Below, piece after piece: positions 10,276-18,942 of a stretch of DNA of 64,000 bases; within the stretch, counting starts at the first letter, position 1, and every line of letters starts with the position of its first letter. The position numbers and the translations under genes were made by a program. This stretch comes from Patescibacteria group bacterium (GTDB taxonomy: Bacteria > Patescibacteriota > Minisyncoccia > Phycocordibacterales > UBA9973), in assembly GCA_038063515.1 (NCBI GenBank), contig JBBTUY010000001.1, forward strand, positions 10,972 to 74,971, given 5' to 3'. Under the pieces are notes generated by a model. The model was given only the letters and a program-made list of their open reading frames with translations. It had not been told where the DNA came from and ran no database searches.

Positions 10276-10668
10276 ATGAAATTTTTTATAAGTAACCTGG
10301 TTGTTTTTACTTTTTTAGCTTTTGTTTTATTACTACCAACCTTAACTTTATATGCAGACACAAACCCTGTTCCGCCTACGACTACCCCTACTCCTTCCGG
10401 TAAACTAGTAAATCCAATACCAAGTATCACTTCGATACCTGGCCTTATTAAGACTATATTAGAGGGTCTGCTTAAGATCGGCCTTCCGCTCATAGCACTC
10501 GCTATTATTTATTGTGGATTTCTCTTTGTCGTGGCTCAGGGTAGTGAAGAGAAGCTTACTAAAGCAAAGGATACTTTGCTGTATACGATCATAGGATCAG
10601 CGATACTTCTCGGTTCTTGGGCTATTGCCAAGTTAATAGAGACGACTGTCACAGGTCTTGGAGCATAA
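10276..10668 (+). CDS. TrbC/VirB2-like pilin family membrane protein
   Basis: LVNPI...IIYCGFLFVVAQGSEEKLTKAKDTLLYTIIG; start moved to ATG 10276. Confidence 0.75.
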   Translation: MKFFISNLVVFTFLAFVLLLPTLTLYADTNPVPPTTTPTPSGKLVNPIPSITSIPGLIKTILEGLLKIGLPLIALAIIYCGFLFVVAQGSEEKLTKAKDTLLYTIIGSAILLGSWAIAKLIETTVTGLGA

Positions 10669-10672
10669 ATAT

Positions 10673-11227
10673 ATGCTAAATTTACTAAACACAATACAAG
10701 AAATTCTAAATTCTCTCATACCGTTATTTGTAACTATCGGCATAGTGTATTTCGTATTCGGTGTTGTGCAGTATTTTATAGCTGATGCAGAAGAAGCAAA
10801 AAAGAATGGACGAGATAGGATCATCTATGGAATTATAGGCCTAGCGGCTATTACAGGCCTCTGGGGGCTTGTAAAAATAGTGCAGGACACCTTTGGAGTC
10901 AGCAACTTGTACGATCCAAACGTATCTGTTTCTGGTGTGTGTCGCGTGGGCACAACTTTCGCGACTTTGGTTTATTATATTATTTGCATAATAAATAAAT
11001 CCGTCATACCTCTTTTATTTGCGGTATCCATTTTAGTATTTGTATACGGGACGGTAAACTTCTTCATCATAGGTGCAGGCGAAGAAGCAAAGAGGACTCA
11101 AGGCAAGCAGTTTATGATCTGGGGAGTTGTAGCTCTCACGGTGATGCTCTCAGTTTGGGGATTAGTTAAAATTTTTGGTAGCACTTTTAATATTAATACA
11201 AGCGTCATACCACAGACTAAAGAATAA
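10673..11227 (+). CDS. Pilin-like protein with two tandem TrbC/VirB2-like units
   Basis: Two TM-EEAK-G-TM units (EEAKKNGRDRIIYG, EEAKRTQGKQFMIWG). Confidence 0.7.
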   Translation: MLNLLNTIQEILNSLIPLFVTIGIVYFVFGVVQYFIADAEEAKKNGRDRIIYGIIGLAAITGLWGLVKIVQDTFGVSNLYDPNVSVSGVCRVGTTFATLVYYIICIINKSVIPLLFAVSILVFVYGTVNFFIIGAGEEAKRTQGKQFMIWGVVALTVMLSVWGLVKIFGSTFNINTSVIPQTKE

Positions 11228-11229
11228 TT

Positions 11230-11682
11230 ATGCTTTGCACATTTGCTACTGACTCAAAAATACAAGACGTACTGAACTACATTACCTGCTTTGTGTCAAA
11301 ATCTATATTGCCTCTCATTTTTACAGTGGCTATAGTCCTCTTTGTTTGGGGTATAGTGCAGTTTTTCATTATAGGTTCAGGTGAAGAGGCAAAGAGGACT
11401 CAGGGCAAGCAGTTTATGATCTGGGGAATACTCGCTATGGCAGTGATCTTGTCTCTCTGGGGGCTCGTACGTATCCTAGGGAGCACTTTTGGCTTAAATA
11501 CAAGTATTTTACCAGGTACTCGGCCCTCGTCTTCTTCTAATTTTAATCCCGCAGGTACAGACCCAATAGACCCAGGGAATTTCCCTATTACCTTACCTGG
11601 GTCTGAGAACAGTGATAACGTGGATTCTCCCATACCTTGTGAGTTTAGTGCAGAAGGTTGCGGTGGTCAGGTTGAGAGTTAG
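11230..11682 (+). CDS. TrbC/VirB2-like pilin family membrane protein
   Basis: FVWGIVQFFIIGSGEEAKRTQGKQFMIWGIL; low-complexity C-terminal tail. Confidence 0.7.
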   Translation: MLCTFATDSKIQDVLNYITCFVSKSILPLIFTVAIVLFVWGIVQFFIIGSGEEAKRTQGKQFMIWGILAMAVILSLWGLVRILGSTFGLNTSILPGTRPSSSSNFNPAGTDPIDPGNFPITLPGSENSDNVDSPIPCEFSAEGCGGQVES

Positions 11683-11776
11683 CTTTTTATTTAGCGTGTA
11701 GTATAATATATAGGTATTATTTATTATTAAAATAGGTCGCTTATTATTATAAATTTATGTTTGTTAAAAATTAGTT

Positions 11777-12190
11777 ATGAAAAATAAATTAATGGTTTTA
11801 TCAGGTTTAGTTATGATGTCTGCTCCTGTCGTTGCTTTAGCACAGGTGCAAATACAGAGCGGTGGGGCATGTAGTGGTCTTATTGGTACTGGTACAACAC
11901 AAGGAGGAGTAAAGGAGATCATATGTCGTGTTGGAGATATATTAAGTACAATAGTCCCAGTATTGATGGTGCTTGCTATCATCTACTTCGTATGGGGAGT
12001 TATTAACTACGTTATCGCTAGTGATGAAGAAGCTAAAAAAGCAGGAAGAGATAGAATTATCTACGGAGTTATAGGTCTTGCTGTTATCGTCGGTGTATGG
12101 GGACTTGTAAAAATCGTTCAAGATACATTTGGTTTTGATAACACTAATACAAACCCTATAGTTCTACCAACTATCGATATCTATAACTAA
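11777..12190 (+). CDS. TrbC/VirB2-like pilin family membrane protein
   Basis: Signal peptide (ALA-Q), Cys pair, DEEAKKAGRDRIIYG. Confidence 0.75.
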   Translation: MKNKLMVLSGLVMMSAPVVALAQVQIQSGGACSGLIGTGTTQGGVKEIICRVGDILSTIVPVLMVLAIIYFVWGVINYVIASDEEAKKAGRDRIIYGVIGLAVIVGVWGLVKIVQDTFGFDNTNTNPIVLPTIDIYN

Positions 12191-12192
12191 GC

Positions 12193-12516
12193 ATGATGAA
12201 TTTGTTTTCTACTAACATAGCCTATGCTGCGACGCCGGAGCTTGATAAGTTTATCAGGAACGTGGATCGACTTATTATAAATCCCATCATTACCTTACTT
12301 TTTGCTATTGCTGTCGTATATTTTCTTTACGGTGTGTTTCAGTTTTTGTGGGCTAGTGCAAGTGAAGAGAAAAAGACAAATGGCAAGTCGCACATGCTCT
12401 GGGGCATCATCGGGATCACGATCATGATGAGCGTCTGGGCTATCCTTGGTATCGTAATGCGTACCATAGGAGTCACAGGTATTAACCCACAGCAGGGAAC
12501 AGTGGAGCTAAGGTAG
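12193..12516 (+). CDS. TrbC/VirB2-like pilin family membrane protein
   Basis: IINPII..FLYGVFQF..EEKKTNGKSHMLWGIIG. Confidence 0.72.
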   Translation: MMNLFSTNIAYAATPELDKFIRNVDRLIINPIITLLFAIAVVYFLYGVFQFLWASASEEKKTNGKSHMLWGIIGITIMMSVWAILGIVMRTIGVTGINPQQGTVELR

Positions 12517-12540
12517 TAGAAATAAAATAAATAGAAATGT

Positions 12541-12574
12541 AAAAGAGCCGAATCATAAACGATTCGGCTCTTTT
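12541..12574. terminator. Bidirectional intrinsic terminator
   Basis: AAAAGAGCCGAATC-ataaac-GATTCGGCTCTTTT between convergent units. Confidence 0.8.
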
Positions 12575-12644
12575 TGTGCTAGCCAACAGCACGATTTTTC
12601 GGCTAAGACCCTTTGACGGGGGTCAGCCGTGTCATCTACAATCG

Positions 12645-13043
12645 TCACCAGCGATTGTAGATGACAACCTCCTGCCCTTTATCAGGGCGGAAGGTGTAAA
12701 ATCCCGCGGGTTCCTCGGGAGCATGATCGCTCCCGGGGCAGTCGTGAATCTCACGACCGCTGGGTGTGTCTATATAGATACACCCACCCTTCGGGTAGAT
12801 GGCTGGAGAAAGCTCTAGCCACTTCCGAAGGCCTTCCTTTGGAATCTTGAAACGCTTGGGGGTTTTAGCCCCGCTCCCACTGGTGGTGGTACCAGTGGAG
12901 GAATTTTTGGCTTCGACTTTTTGAGGGGCCTCAGCCAGTTGGGTTTTTTTGGTGCTACCCGCTTTCTTTATCAGAAAAGTAGTAACACCTAAGATGATCG
13001 CAGCAACAATGGCAATCAACAGAAGCCCGCTTATTTTTTTCAT
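12645..13043 (-). CDS. Hypothetical membrane-anchored protein
   Basis: N-terminal TM then basic linker; start overlaps stop of the SPFH gene. Confidence 0.6.
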   Translation of the reverse strand: MKKISGLLLIAIVAAIILGVTTFLIKKAGSTKKTQLAEAPQKVEAKNSSTGTTTSGSGAKTPKRFKIPKEGLRKWLELSPAIYPKGGCIYIDTPSGREIHDCPGSDHAPEEPAGFYTFRPDKGQEVVIYNRW

Positions 13044-14062
13044 TAGTTTTTACTCCCTAAGAATTTTGCAACCAGGGCTGCAGTTGCAGGGTCAAGGCTA
13101 AAATTTTGTGCAGCAATATTCTTCGTGGCCTTACCCAAAGCCATTTGAACTTGCTCTTCTGCTCTTAGCCTGTCCATGCCACCTTTGATAATATTTCCGT
13201 CTTCATCTTGACCTCCATTTACAAGGAGATCAACCATACTATCAAAGTGTCCAATTTCGACGATCTGTCCTTTACGTTGCAGCTTTTCTCTGGTTTTTAA
13301 GGCCAGGTCTTCAGCTACTTTTGAGTCCGAAGGAGCTATCTGAGGTATTACAACATTCGTTATTTTGATACCCCAGGCATCGCTGTCATCTTCGTTTAAT
13401 CTCTCAAGGAGTTGGTCTCCCAACTCCTCATTCGAACTAAGCACTGTTTCAAGATTCATTTGACGCACGCGCACTCTGATTACTTGGTCACGTGCGTCAT
13501 CGATACCTTGCTTTATGTCTTTCATTTCTACCCCGAGATATTCGTAAAGATTGTCGGGGTAATAAGTTACTGTTGCGCTTACAGTAACTTCTACGTTATC
13601 TGCGGTCATAACTCTTAGTTTGTCGAGCGGCATTATCTGCAGTTTGACGTCCTGCGTTTTCAAGGAAAATGGGAGAGGGATCCAACGTAGTCCTTCTCCA
13701 ATTTGAATTCTTTGCCGTTCGCCAAAAAGGAGGAGTAATCCTCTATGCCCAATTTCGACGGTGATGAGCCCATTGACGACCCACCACCCTAAGAATATCG
13801 TCCAAGCTAATAGCCCGAACCATATCCATGACATCGAGAAGCTTAGAAACGTTTCGTAGGCGCTTAGTAATACTAATCCCGCGCCCAGTATGCCCAGTAT
13901 TCTGTCGCCTTGTTCTTTTAAGAATACTAGACATACGATTCCGCCAATAATTCCGGCTACCACACTTAGGCCTTCGAAGCCGTAGATGCGGTAGATGAAT
14001 ATGGTGATTAATCCCAGCAGAGCTGCTGCCAGAACTAATCCTAAAAATTTTTCTTTTCCCAT
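13043..14062 (-). CDS. SPFH (band 7/stomatin-like) domain membrane protein
   Basis: N-terminal TMs; GEGLRWIP, VMTADNVEVTVS, WGIKITNVVI; AAGGAG ribosome-binding site. Confidence 0.82.
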   Translation of the reverse strand: MGKEKFLGLVLAAALLGLITIFIYRIYGFEGLSVVAGIIGGIVCLVFLKEQGDRILGILGAGLVLLSAYETFLSFSMSWIWFGLLAWTIFLGWWVVNGLITVEIGHRGLLLLFGERQRIQIGEGLRWIPLPFSLKTQDVKLQIMPLDKLRVMTADNVEVTVSATVTYYPDNLYEYLGVEMKDIKQGIDDARDQVIRVRVRQMNLETVLSSNEELGDQLLERLNEDDSDAWGIKITNVVIPQIAPSDSKVAEDLALKTREKLQRKGQIVEIGHFDSMVDLLVNGGQDEDGNIIKGGMDRLRAEEQVQMALGKATKNIAAQNFSLDPATAALVAKFLGSKN

Positions 14063-14300
14063 AACGTCTCCTTCGCGCCAGAGGCGCAGTGTTGCGCCCG
14101 CGACGGCGCGGGTGAGTTAACGTTTCTGGATAAATAAATTTACCCAGCTTTAAAAATTCCACTACCTCAAGGTCTCCCTCGAAATACTAAAATTTTTACG
14201 AACTGCATAGTTTGCTCACTAAAGAGCCAGTTTTTACTCGCTACTTGGTAAGCAAACCATGCAATTCTTATTTTATTGTCAGGGGACAGTCTACTGGTGT

Positions 14301-14329
14301 ATTATAGCATATAAATACAGAAAAGTCAA
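14301..14329 (-). promoter_or_regulatory. sigma70 promoter for the SPFH operon (long leader)
   Basis: Minus strand TTGACT-17 bp-TATAAT with extended -10 TG. Confidence 0.75.
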
Positions 14330-14374
14330 TATTGACGTTACTTCAAATAGCCTATATTATATAGGTATAACTAT

Positions 14375-14418
14375 GAAAAAGACCCTTATATAGATACGTC
14401 TATATCGGGGGCTTTTTC
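14375..14418. terminator. Probable terminator downstream of the NYN gene
   Basis: GAAAAAGACCC...GGGGGCTTTTTC stem enclosing an inner hairpin. Confidence 0.55.
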
Positions 14419-14420
14419 TT

Positions 14421-14903
14421 TTAGGACTGACTAGAGAATTTATGATAATGATCATTTAAGAAGGTCAGTTCAATATTCTTATTTCGGAGTAAAATAGAAC
14501 ATTTGTTCTTATCTGGTGCTAAAACACAGGTTAATGACTTGTTTTGCTCTAAAAACTCAACAAGGCAACCAAAGTCACCATCCCCAGTTATTAAAATACA
14601 TGAATTAAAAGCTTTAGTATAGAAATCTGAAACATTTTTTAGAACGAGTTCAGCATCACAGTTACCCTTTATTCTTCCATCAACAGATATGGTTTGTTTA
14701 AAAACAAGAATAAAACCACACTCTTGAAGGTATTCATAAAATTTTACCCTATTTGGAACAAGACCTATAAATAGGTATATATTTTCTGGGTTATATTTTT
14801 GACGAAGCCAGCCTCTAAATTTCTTATAGTCTATTTCGAAACCAAGTTCTTTTGCTGCTCTGTAGAGATTATTTCCATCAATATAAATATTAATTTTATT
14901 CAT
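14421..14903 (-). CDS. NYN domain (PIN-like) protein
   Basis: IYIDGNNLY, KGNCDAEL, ITGDGDF. Confidence 0.88.
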   Translation of the reverse strand: MNKINIYIDGNNLYRAAKELGFEIDYKKFRGWLRQKYNPENIYLFIGLVPNRVKFYEYLQECGFILVFKQTISVDGRIKGNCDAELVLKNVSDFYTKAFNSCILITGDGDFGCLVEFLEQNKSLTCVLAPDKNKCSILLRNKNIELTFLNDHYHKFSSQS

Positions 14904-14923
14904 TTAAAGTATATTTTACCATA

Positions 14924-14958
14924 AATCAAAAAATCCCCAAGTTGGGGATTTTTTGATT
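14924..14958. terminator. Intrinsic terminator
   Basis: AATCAAAAAATCCCCAA-G-TTGGGGATTTTTTGATT. Confidence 0.8.
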
Positions 14959-14965
14959 ACGATTA

Positions 14966-15661
14966 TTAATCGTGCTTCGCAGGCTTTGCGTGATATCTAG
15001 CTTCTCCACCAAAGATTTTTCGGACGAGGACGACTATTATAAGTATGATTATTGCAAATAGTATCCACTGTAGAAGTCCTGAGGGCATGAAGCTACCGTT
15101 ACCAAAGATTGCATTCGAAGCGAGGTCAGAATAATTTCCTATAGATTTATCTTCTGTCGTACTTTTGTTTTGGTTATATAGGTAGTTGTTAGGATCTTCG
15201 TTCTTTTGAGTATTTGTAGTTTGTGCAGTTTTTACATAACCCTTTATTTTAAAGAATATTGCAACAGAATACGCACTTCTACTAGGGTTGTATACGTTTA
15301 TGTATCCACCGTCAGAGCTCGAAAGGTCTGCATTAGTTAGGTGTATAAAGAGGTGCCTTCCATCTATGAAAGTCGTAGGGCGAGGGGAGCCTTTCCATCT
15401 TGCGACAGAGTTAGCCATAAATCCACGACCCGTAAGAGTAACAGTTGTATCAGGTTCACCTGAGTTTGCTGATCCAGGCTTTAAAGAATAAAGCTGTGGT
15501 ACGGGGTTCTGTGAGGGTGCTAGGAAGTGGTCGTATCCATCATCATAATACTCTGCTTTTGCAGTATGAGGCATAAATGCGAGTCCTAAAGAGAAAATAG
15601 CTAGTATTATCAATGTAGAAACTACTCCATATTTGATTTTTAGACTATTTATTTTATTCAT
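14966..15661 (-). CDS. Surface protein with IPT/TIG-like Ig domain and C-terminal TM
   Basis: NPVPQLYSLKP..VTLTGRGF..ARWKG; signal peptide; start moved to ATG 15661 because the longer ORF runs into a tRNA. Confidence 0.7.
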   Translation of the reverse strand: MNKINSLKIKYGVVSTLIILAIFSLGLAFMPHTAKAEYYDDGYDHFLAPSQNPVPQLYSLKPGSANSGEPDTTVTLTGRGFMANSVARWKGSPRPTTFIDGRHLFIHLTNADLSSSDGGYINVYNPSRSAYSVAIFFKIKGYVKTAQTTNTQKNEDPNNYLYNQNKSTTEDKSIGNYSDLASNAIFGNGSFMPSGLLQWILFAIIILIIVVLVRKIFGGEARYHAKPAKHD

Positions 15662-15700
15662 ACCTATATAATAGCATATTTTAAATAAAAAGTCAAGTTG

Positions 15701-15782
15701 TGCTGGAGAAGGGACTCGAACCCTTAAGCCTTGCGGCACTAGTTCCTAAGACTAGCGCGTATACCAATTCCGCCACTCCAGC
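15701..15782 (-). tRNA. tRNA-Leu(TAG)
   Basis: Cloverleaf GCTGGAG..CTCCAGC-A, anticodon loop CT-TAG-GA, long variable arm. Confidence 0.93.
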
Positions 15783-15786
15783 AATG

Positions 15787-15859
15787 TGCGCCCTGAAGGG
15801 ATCGAACCTTCGACCTTATCCTTAAGAGGGATCTGCTCTACCAGCTGAGCTAAGGGCGC
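15787..15859 (-). tRNA. tRNA-Lys(CTT)
   Basis: GCGCCCT..AGGGCGC-A, anticodon loop CT-CTT-AA, GGTTCGATCC T-arm. Confidence 0.93.
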
Positions 15860-15900
15860 ATTATTTTAAATTTTTTAACTTCTATTTTATAACATTCTTC

Positions 15901-16087
15901 TGTTGAATCCGCTACAGCTGAGCTAAGGGAGTATTTTATATTTTTAAAACCTACCTATATTATTATCTAATAAATTATTTTGTTGAACCCGCTACATCTA
16001 AACTAAGGGCGCATACGTATTTACATCTTATTTTAAACTATAATCTTACTAAAAATCTAACGACCTACCAAAACAACTAAGGGTGCA
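15901..16087 (-). repeat. Three degenerate tandem copies of the tRNA-Lys 5' end
   Basis: CTAAGGG core at 15850 (tRNA), 15923, 16003, 16077; copies 1 and 2 share TGTTGAAyCCGCTACA-CT-A-CTAAGGG. Confidence 0.75.
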
Positions 16088-16117
16088 TTTATAAAACAAA
16101 AAAATTTCAAAAAACGG

Positions 16118-16199
16118 TGCCCGGAGTGGGAGTCGAACCCACATCCCTTACGAGACACGATTTTAAGTCGTGCGCGTATACCAATTCCGCCATCCGGGC
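16118..16199 (-). tRNA. tRNA-Leu(TAA)
   Basis: GCCCGGA..TCCGGGC-A, anticodon loop CT-TAA-AA, long variable arm. Confidence 0.93.
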
Positions 16200-16259
16200 A
16201 ATTTATTTATAACCTTCCTAATATATCAGAGAAATAAAGAAATGTTAAATAAAATGCTG

Positions 16260-16332
16260 AGGCCACGGTGGGATTTGCACCCACGCGTCGCGGTTTTGCA
16301 GACCGCTGTGTTAGCTACTTCACCACGTGGCC
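16260..16332 (-). tRNA. tRNA-Cys(GCA)
   Basis: GGCCACG..CGTGGCC-T (U73 discriminator), anticodon loop CT-GCA-AA; T-loop reads TGCAAAT. Confidence 0.88.
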
Positions 16333-17040
16333 TTCTATTATCCTTTTCATTACTTTATCGATAACTTGCGGTCGTAATTTAAAGTAATTATTGAATATTC
16401 TAAATTTTCGCATAAAAAAGGAATTAATGCTAGTGCCTTTATACATCAGCTTAAATAACTCTAAAGAATCTTTTGTATTATATATTAATTGATAGGATCT
16501 TTTACTTACATATATTTTACCATTTTTAATCTCAGCAATTTCTAAAGAAGCCTGCATTTCTTGAAGAAATAATTTACTACCACTTGTAAATATTACACGT
16601 ACTCTTTTGATAATTAATTTTTGAGTTTTACCTTTAGTTTGTAGAAAACTAACACAACCATCACCATCAAAATATCCTCTGACAAAGTCACCTAAGTATT
16701 TTTTTGGAATTTTAGGAAAATTTATCGTTAAGGATTTATTTGGGTATAATCCTAATTTAAAAAGGTCGTTATATATTTTATGGCTGCCTATTCTTAATAT
16801 AAAACAAATTTTTCCTCCTATGAAATTTGATTTTTTCTGACCAATTTTATGCTCAGAATTTAGCCAGTTTTTAATTCTATATATAGAATCTTCATCTGTG
16901 CTTGTTATTTGTATGTATTTACCACGCATGTAAGGGGAATCATCTAAGCTTCCATCAGCGTAGATATAACCTAAAACATATCCCATAGTCGGTGACCATT
17001 TTTTAAAAAACTTTTCGTTAACTTTATATTTTAATCCCAC
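16315..17040 (-). CDS. LAGLIDADG homing endonuclease family protein (two motifs)
   Basis: YVLGYIYADGSL and FVRGYFDGDGCV motifs. Confidence 0.85.
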   Translation of the reverse strand: MGLKYKVNEKFFKKWSPTMGYVLGYIYADGSLDDSPYMRGKYIQITSTDEDSIYRIKNWLNSEHKIGQKKSNFIGGKICFILRIGSHKIYNDLFKLGLYPNKSLTINFPKIPKKYLGDFVRGYFDGDGCVSFLQTKGKTQKLIIKRVRVIFTSGSKLFLQEMQASLEIAEIKNGKIYVSKRSYQLIYNTKDSLELFKLMYKGTSINSFFMRKFRIFNNYFKLRPQVIDKVMKRIIEGHVVK

Positions 17041-17046
17041 TTTTAT

Positions 17047-17075
17047 ATTATAGGTGGTAATTATGTATACTGCAA
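17047..17075 (-). promoter_or_regulatory. sigma70 promoter, leaderless to the LAGLIDADG GTG; may also drive the tRNA cluster
   Basis: Minus strand TTGCAG-17 bp-TATAAT-6 nt-GTG. Confidence 0.65.
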
Positions 17076-17085
17076 GTTAATTGCT

Positions 17086-17403
17086 CTATCTAAGCAATTC
17101 GTCAATTCTTTGTCTGTTCTTTTCTCCTTGATCTATCTCAATATCAATAAAAGGAATTATTTTAACAGGCATATTCTTTTTCAAGTATTCTCGGAGTTCT
17201 GGTCTTTTGCGTTTTGCGAATTCTAGCGCAGTCTTTTCTTTGTCAGTAGGAAGTACTGTCATAAAAATTGTTGCACGCTTTAGGTCAGGGGAACAGCTCG
17301 CATTTGTAACAGTCAAAAGGGAAGTTTTATTATTTTCTCTTCCTAGGAATTCTGCTGCCAGTTCTTTTATTTTATTTGTGACTTTCTCGTTTCTTTGGGT
17401 CAT
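17086..17403 (-). CDS. rbfA: Ribosome-binding factor A
   Basis: LTVTNASCSPDLKRATIF, IPFIDIEIDQG; directly downstream of infB. Confidence 0.88.
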   Translation of the reverse strand: MTQRNEKVTNKIKELAAEFLGRENNKTSLLTVTNASCSPDLKRATIFMTVLPTDKEKTALEFAKRKRPELREYLKKNMPVKIIPFIDIEIDQGEKNRQRIDELLR

Positions 17404-17412
17404 ATTTGTCTA

Positions 17413-18942
17413 TTATTTATGCACGACTGAAAATGATTCTATTACGTCTCCTTCAGCTATTTCTATCTTTGATTCGATCATCATTCCAAATTCTGTTCCA
17501 GTGTTTACTTCACTTGTCTTAACCTTTCCTTTTTCTAGGTTTACTATTTTACCGCGTCCTATTTCAAAGTCTCTGCGTGTTATTTTCACCATAGCATTCA
17601 GGCTGATGCCTCCTTCGAGTACTCTGCCTCCTACTATTTGTCTTTCTTTTGTACGACTAAAAGCTCTTAAGATTTTTGCTTTTCCTATAACCACGTTTGT
17701 CTCCACTCGTGGTCTCCTTGCTTCCATTTCAGTTTCTAGCCATTCAGACATTTTATATATTATTTCAAAGAATGAAATTTTTATACCTCTATTCTCTGCT
17801 ATCTCGACAGCGGTAGCGTCAGCCTTTACATTAAATCCAATTATTATTGTGTCTTCTGCTGTGGTTATAGATTTCATGTCTCTTTCTGTGATGGGTCCCA
17901 CACCTTTTGCAATAATTTTAAATTCTACTGTTTGATCATCTACGCCGTCTATGGATTTTGTTTTTATTTTAGATATTTCTTTTTCTATTGCCTCTAATGA
18001 CCCAGATACATCAGCTTTTACTATCACAGCTATTATTTTCTTGCCTGTTTCTTCGGTATTTTGACTGTTTGTTTCATTTTTATTATCACCTTGCCATTTC
18101 TCCGCATATTCTATGGCGTCCTTTTTATTTTCGAAAGATTTAAATTCTGCACCAACGCGAGGCATTTTATCAAAACCAAAAATTCTAACAGGTGAAGAAA
18201 AGTGAGCTTCATCAACAGGGGAGCCTGTAAAGTTTTCTATCATACGAGTAGAACAAATGCTGTGTTCGGTGACCACTGTCATGCCTTTTTTTAATACACC
18301 TTCTTTTATGAGCATAGTAGCTTGCATTCCACGTTTTGAGTCGAGGTTTGCTTCGAGTATGTAGCCTGATGCATTGCCAGTCTCTATGCCGGCTATGTTT
18401 TCTACTTCTGCAATGAGTAGTATGAGTGAAAGGAGGCTGTCTACTCCAGTGCCTACTTTTGCAGAGATCTCTACGTATGGTATTTTACCCCCATAGTTTT
18501 CTAGATAGATTTCATGCTCTGCGAGCTCCATTTTTGTTTTTTCTACATTTGCGCCTGGTTTATCTATTTTATTTATTGCTACTATGGCAGGGAGCTTCAT
18601 GTCTACGACTGTTTTCCATGCTTCTAGTGTTTGTGGCTTTACCCCATCTTCTGCAGAGACGACGAGTATTGCTATGTCTGCAATCATGGCTCCACGCTCA
18701 CGCATCTTAGAAAAGGCTTCGTGTCCGGGTGTATCTAAAAAGGTGATTTTCTTTTTCTCACCAGTTTCATCTTTGTGTAAAACTTCGTATGCAGAAATCC
18801 TCTGGGTGATGCCTCCAGTCTCACTATCAACTACATTTGATTTTCGTATATAGTCGAGGAGCGTAGATTTACCATGATCGATGTGACCCATAACTACCAC
18901 GACTGGTGGTCTACTTGTAATTGTATTTTCTTTTATATTCAT
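17413..18942 (-). CDS. infB: Translation initiation factor IF-2 (lacks the long N-terminal domain)
   Basis: [46 protein letters not shown]. Confidence 0.95.
   Translation of the reverse strand: MNIKENTITSRPPVVVVMGHIDHGKSTLLDYIRKSNVVDSETGGITQRISAYEVLHKDETGEKKKITFLDTPGHEAFSKMRERGAMIADIAILVVSAEDGVKPQTLEAWKTVVDMKLPAIVAINKIDKPGANVEKTKMELAEHEIYLENYGGKIPYVEISAKVGTGVDSLLSLILLIAEVENIAGIETGNASGYILEANLDSKRGMQATMLIKEGVLKKGMTVVTEHSICSTRMIENFTGSPVDEAHFSSPVRIFGFDKMPRVGAEFKSFENKKDAIEYAEKWQGDNKNETNSQNTEETGKKIIAVIVKADVSGSLEAIEKEISKIKTKSIDGVDDQTVEFKIIAKGVGPITERDMKSITTAEDTIIIGFNVKADATAVEIAENRGIKISFFEIIYKMSEWLETEMEARRPRVETNVVIGKAKILRAFSRTKERQIVGGRVLEGGISLNAMVKITRRDFEIGRGKIVNLEKGKVKTSEVNTGTEFGMMIESKIEIAEGDVIESFSVVHK

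Noticed and set aside
13743-14162. 139-aa ORF overlapping the SPFH start
   Set aside because: Arg-rich out-of-frame read-through of a structured leader; the SPFH ATG has the SD
15662-15739. N-terminal extension of the 14966-15739 ORF
   Set aside because: Overlaps tRNA-Leu and the gene's own promoter; ATG 15661 is preferred
15850-16087. CRISPR array
   Set aside because: Repeats are few, degenerate and derived from tRNA-Lys; no cas genes in the window
16260-17085. Group I intron or intein hosting the LAGLIDADG ORF
   Set aside because: tRNA-Cys is intact, no upstream exon half is visible, and there are no intein splicing motifs
17207-17935. 242-aa plus-strand ORF and the many other antisense ORFs in the track
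   Set aside because: Shadow frames of well-supported genes (infB, gyrA, clpB, dnaJ and others) with no motifs
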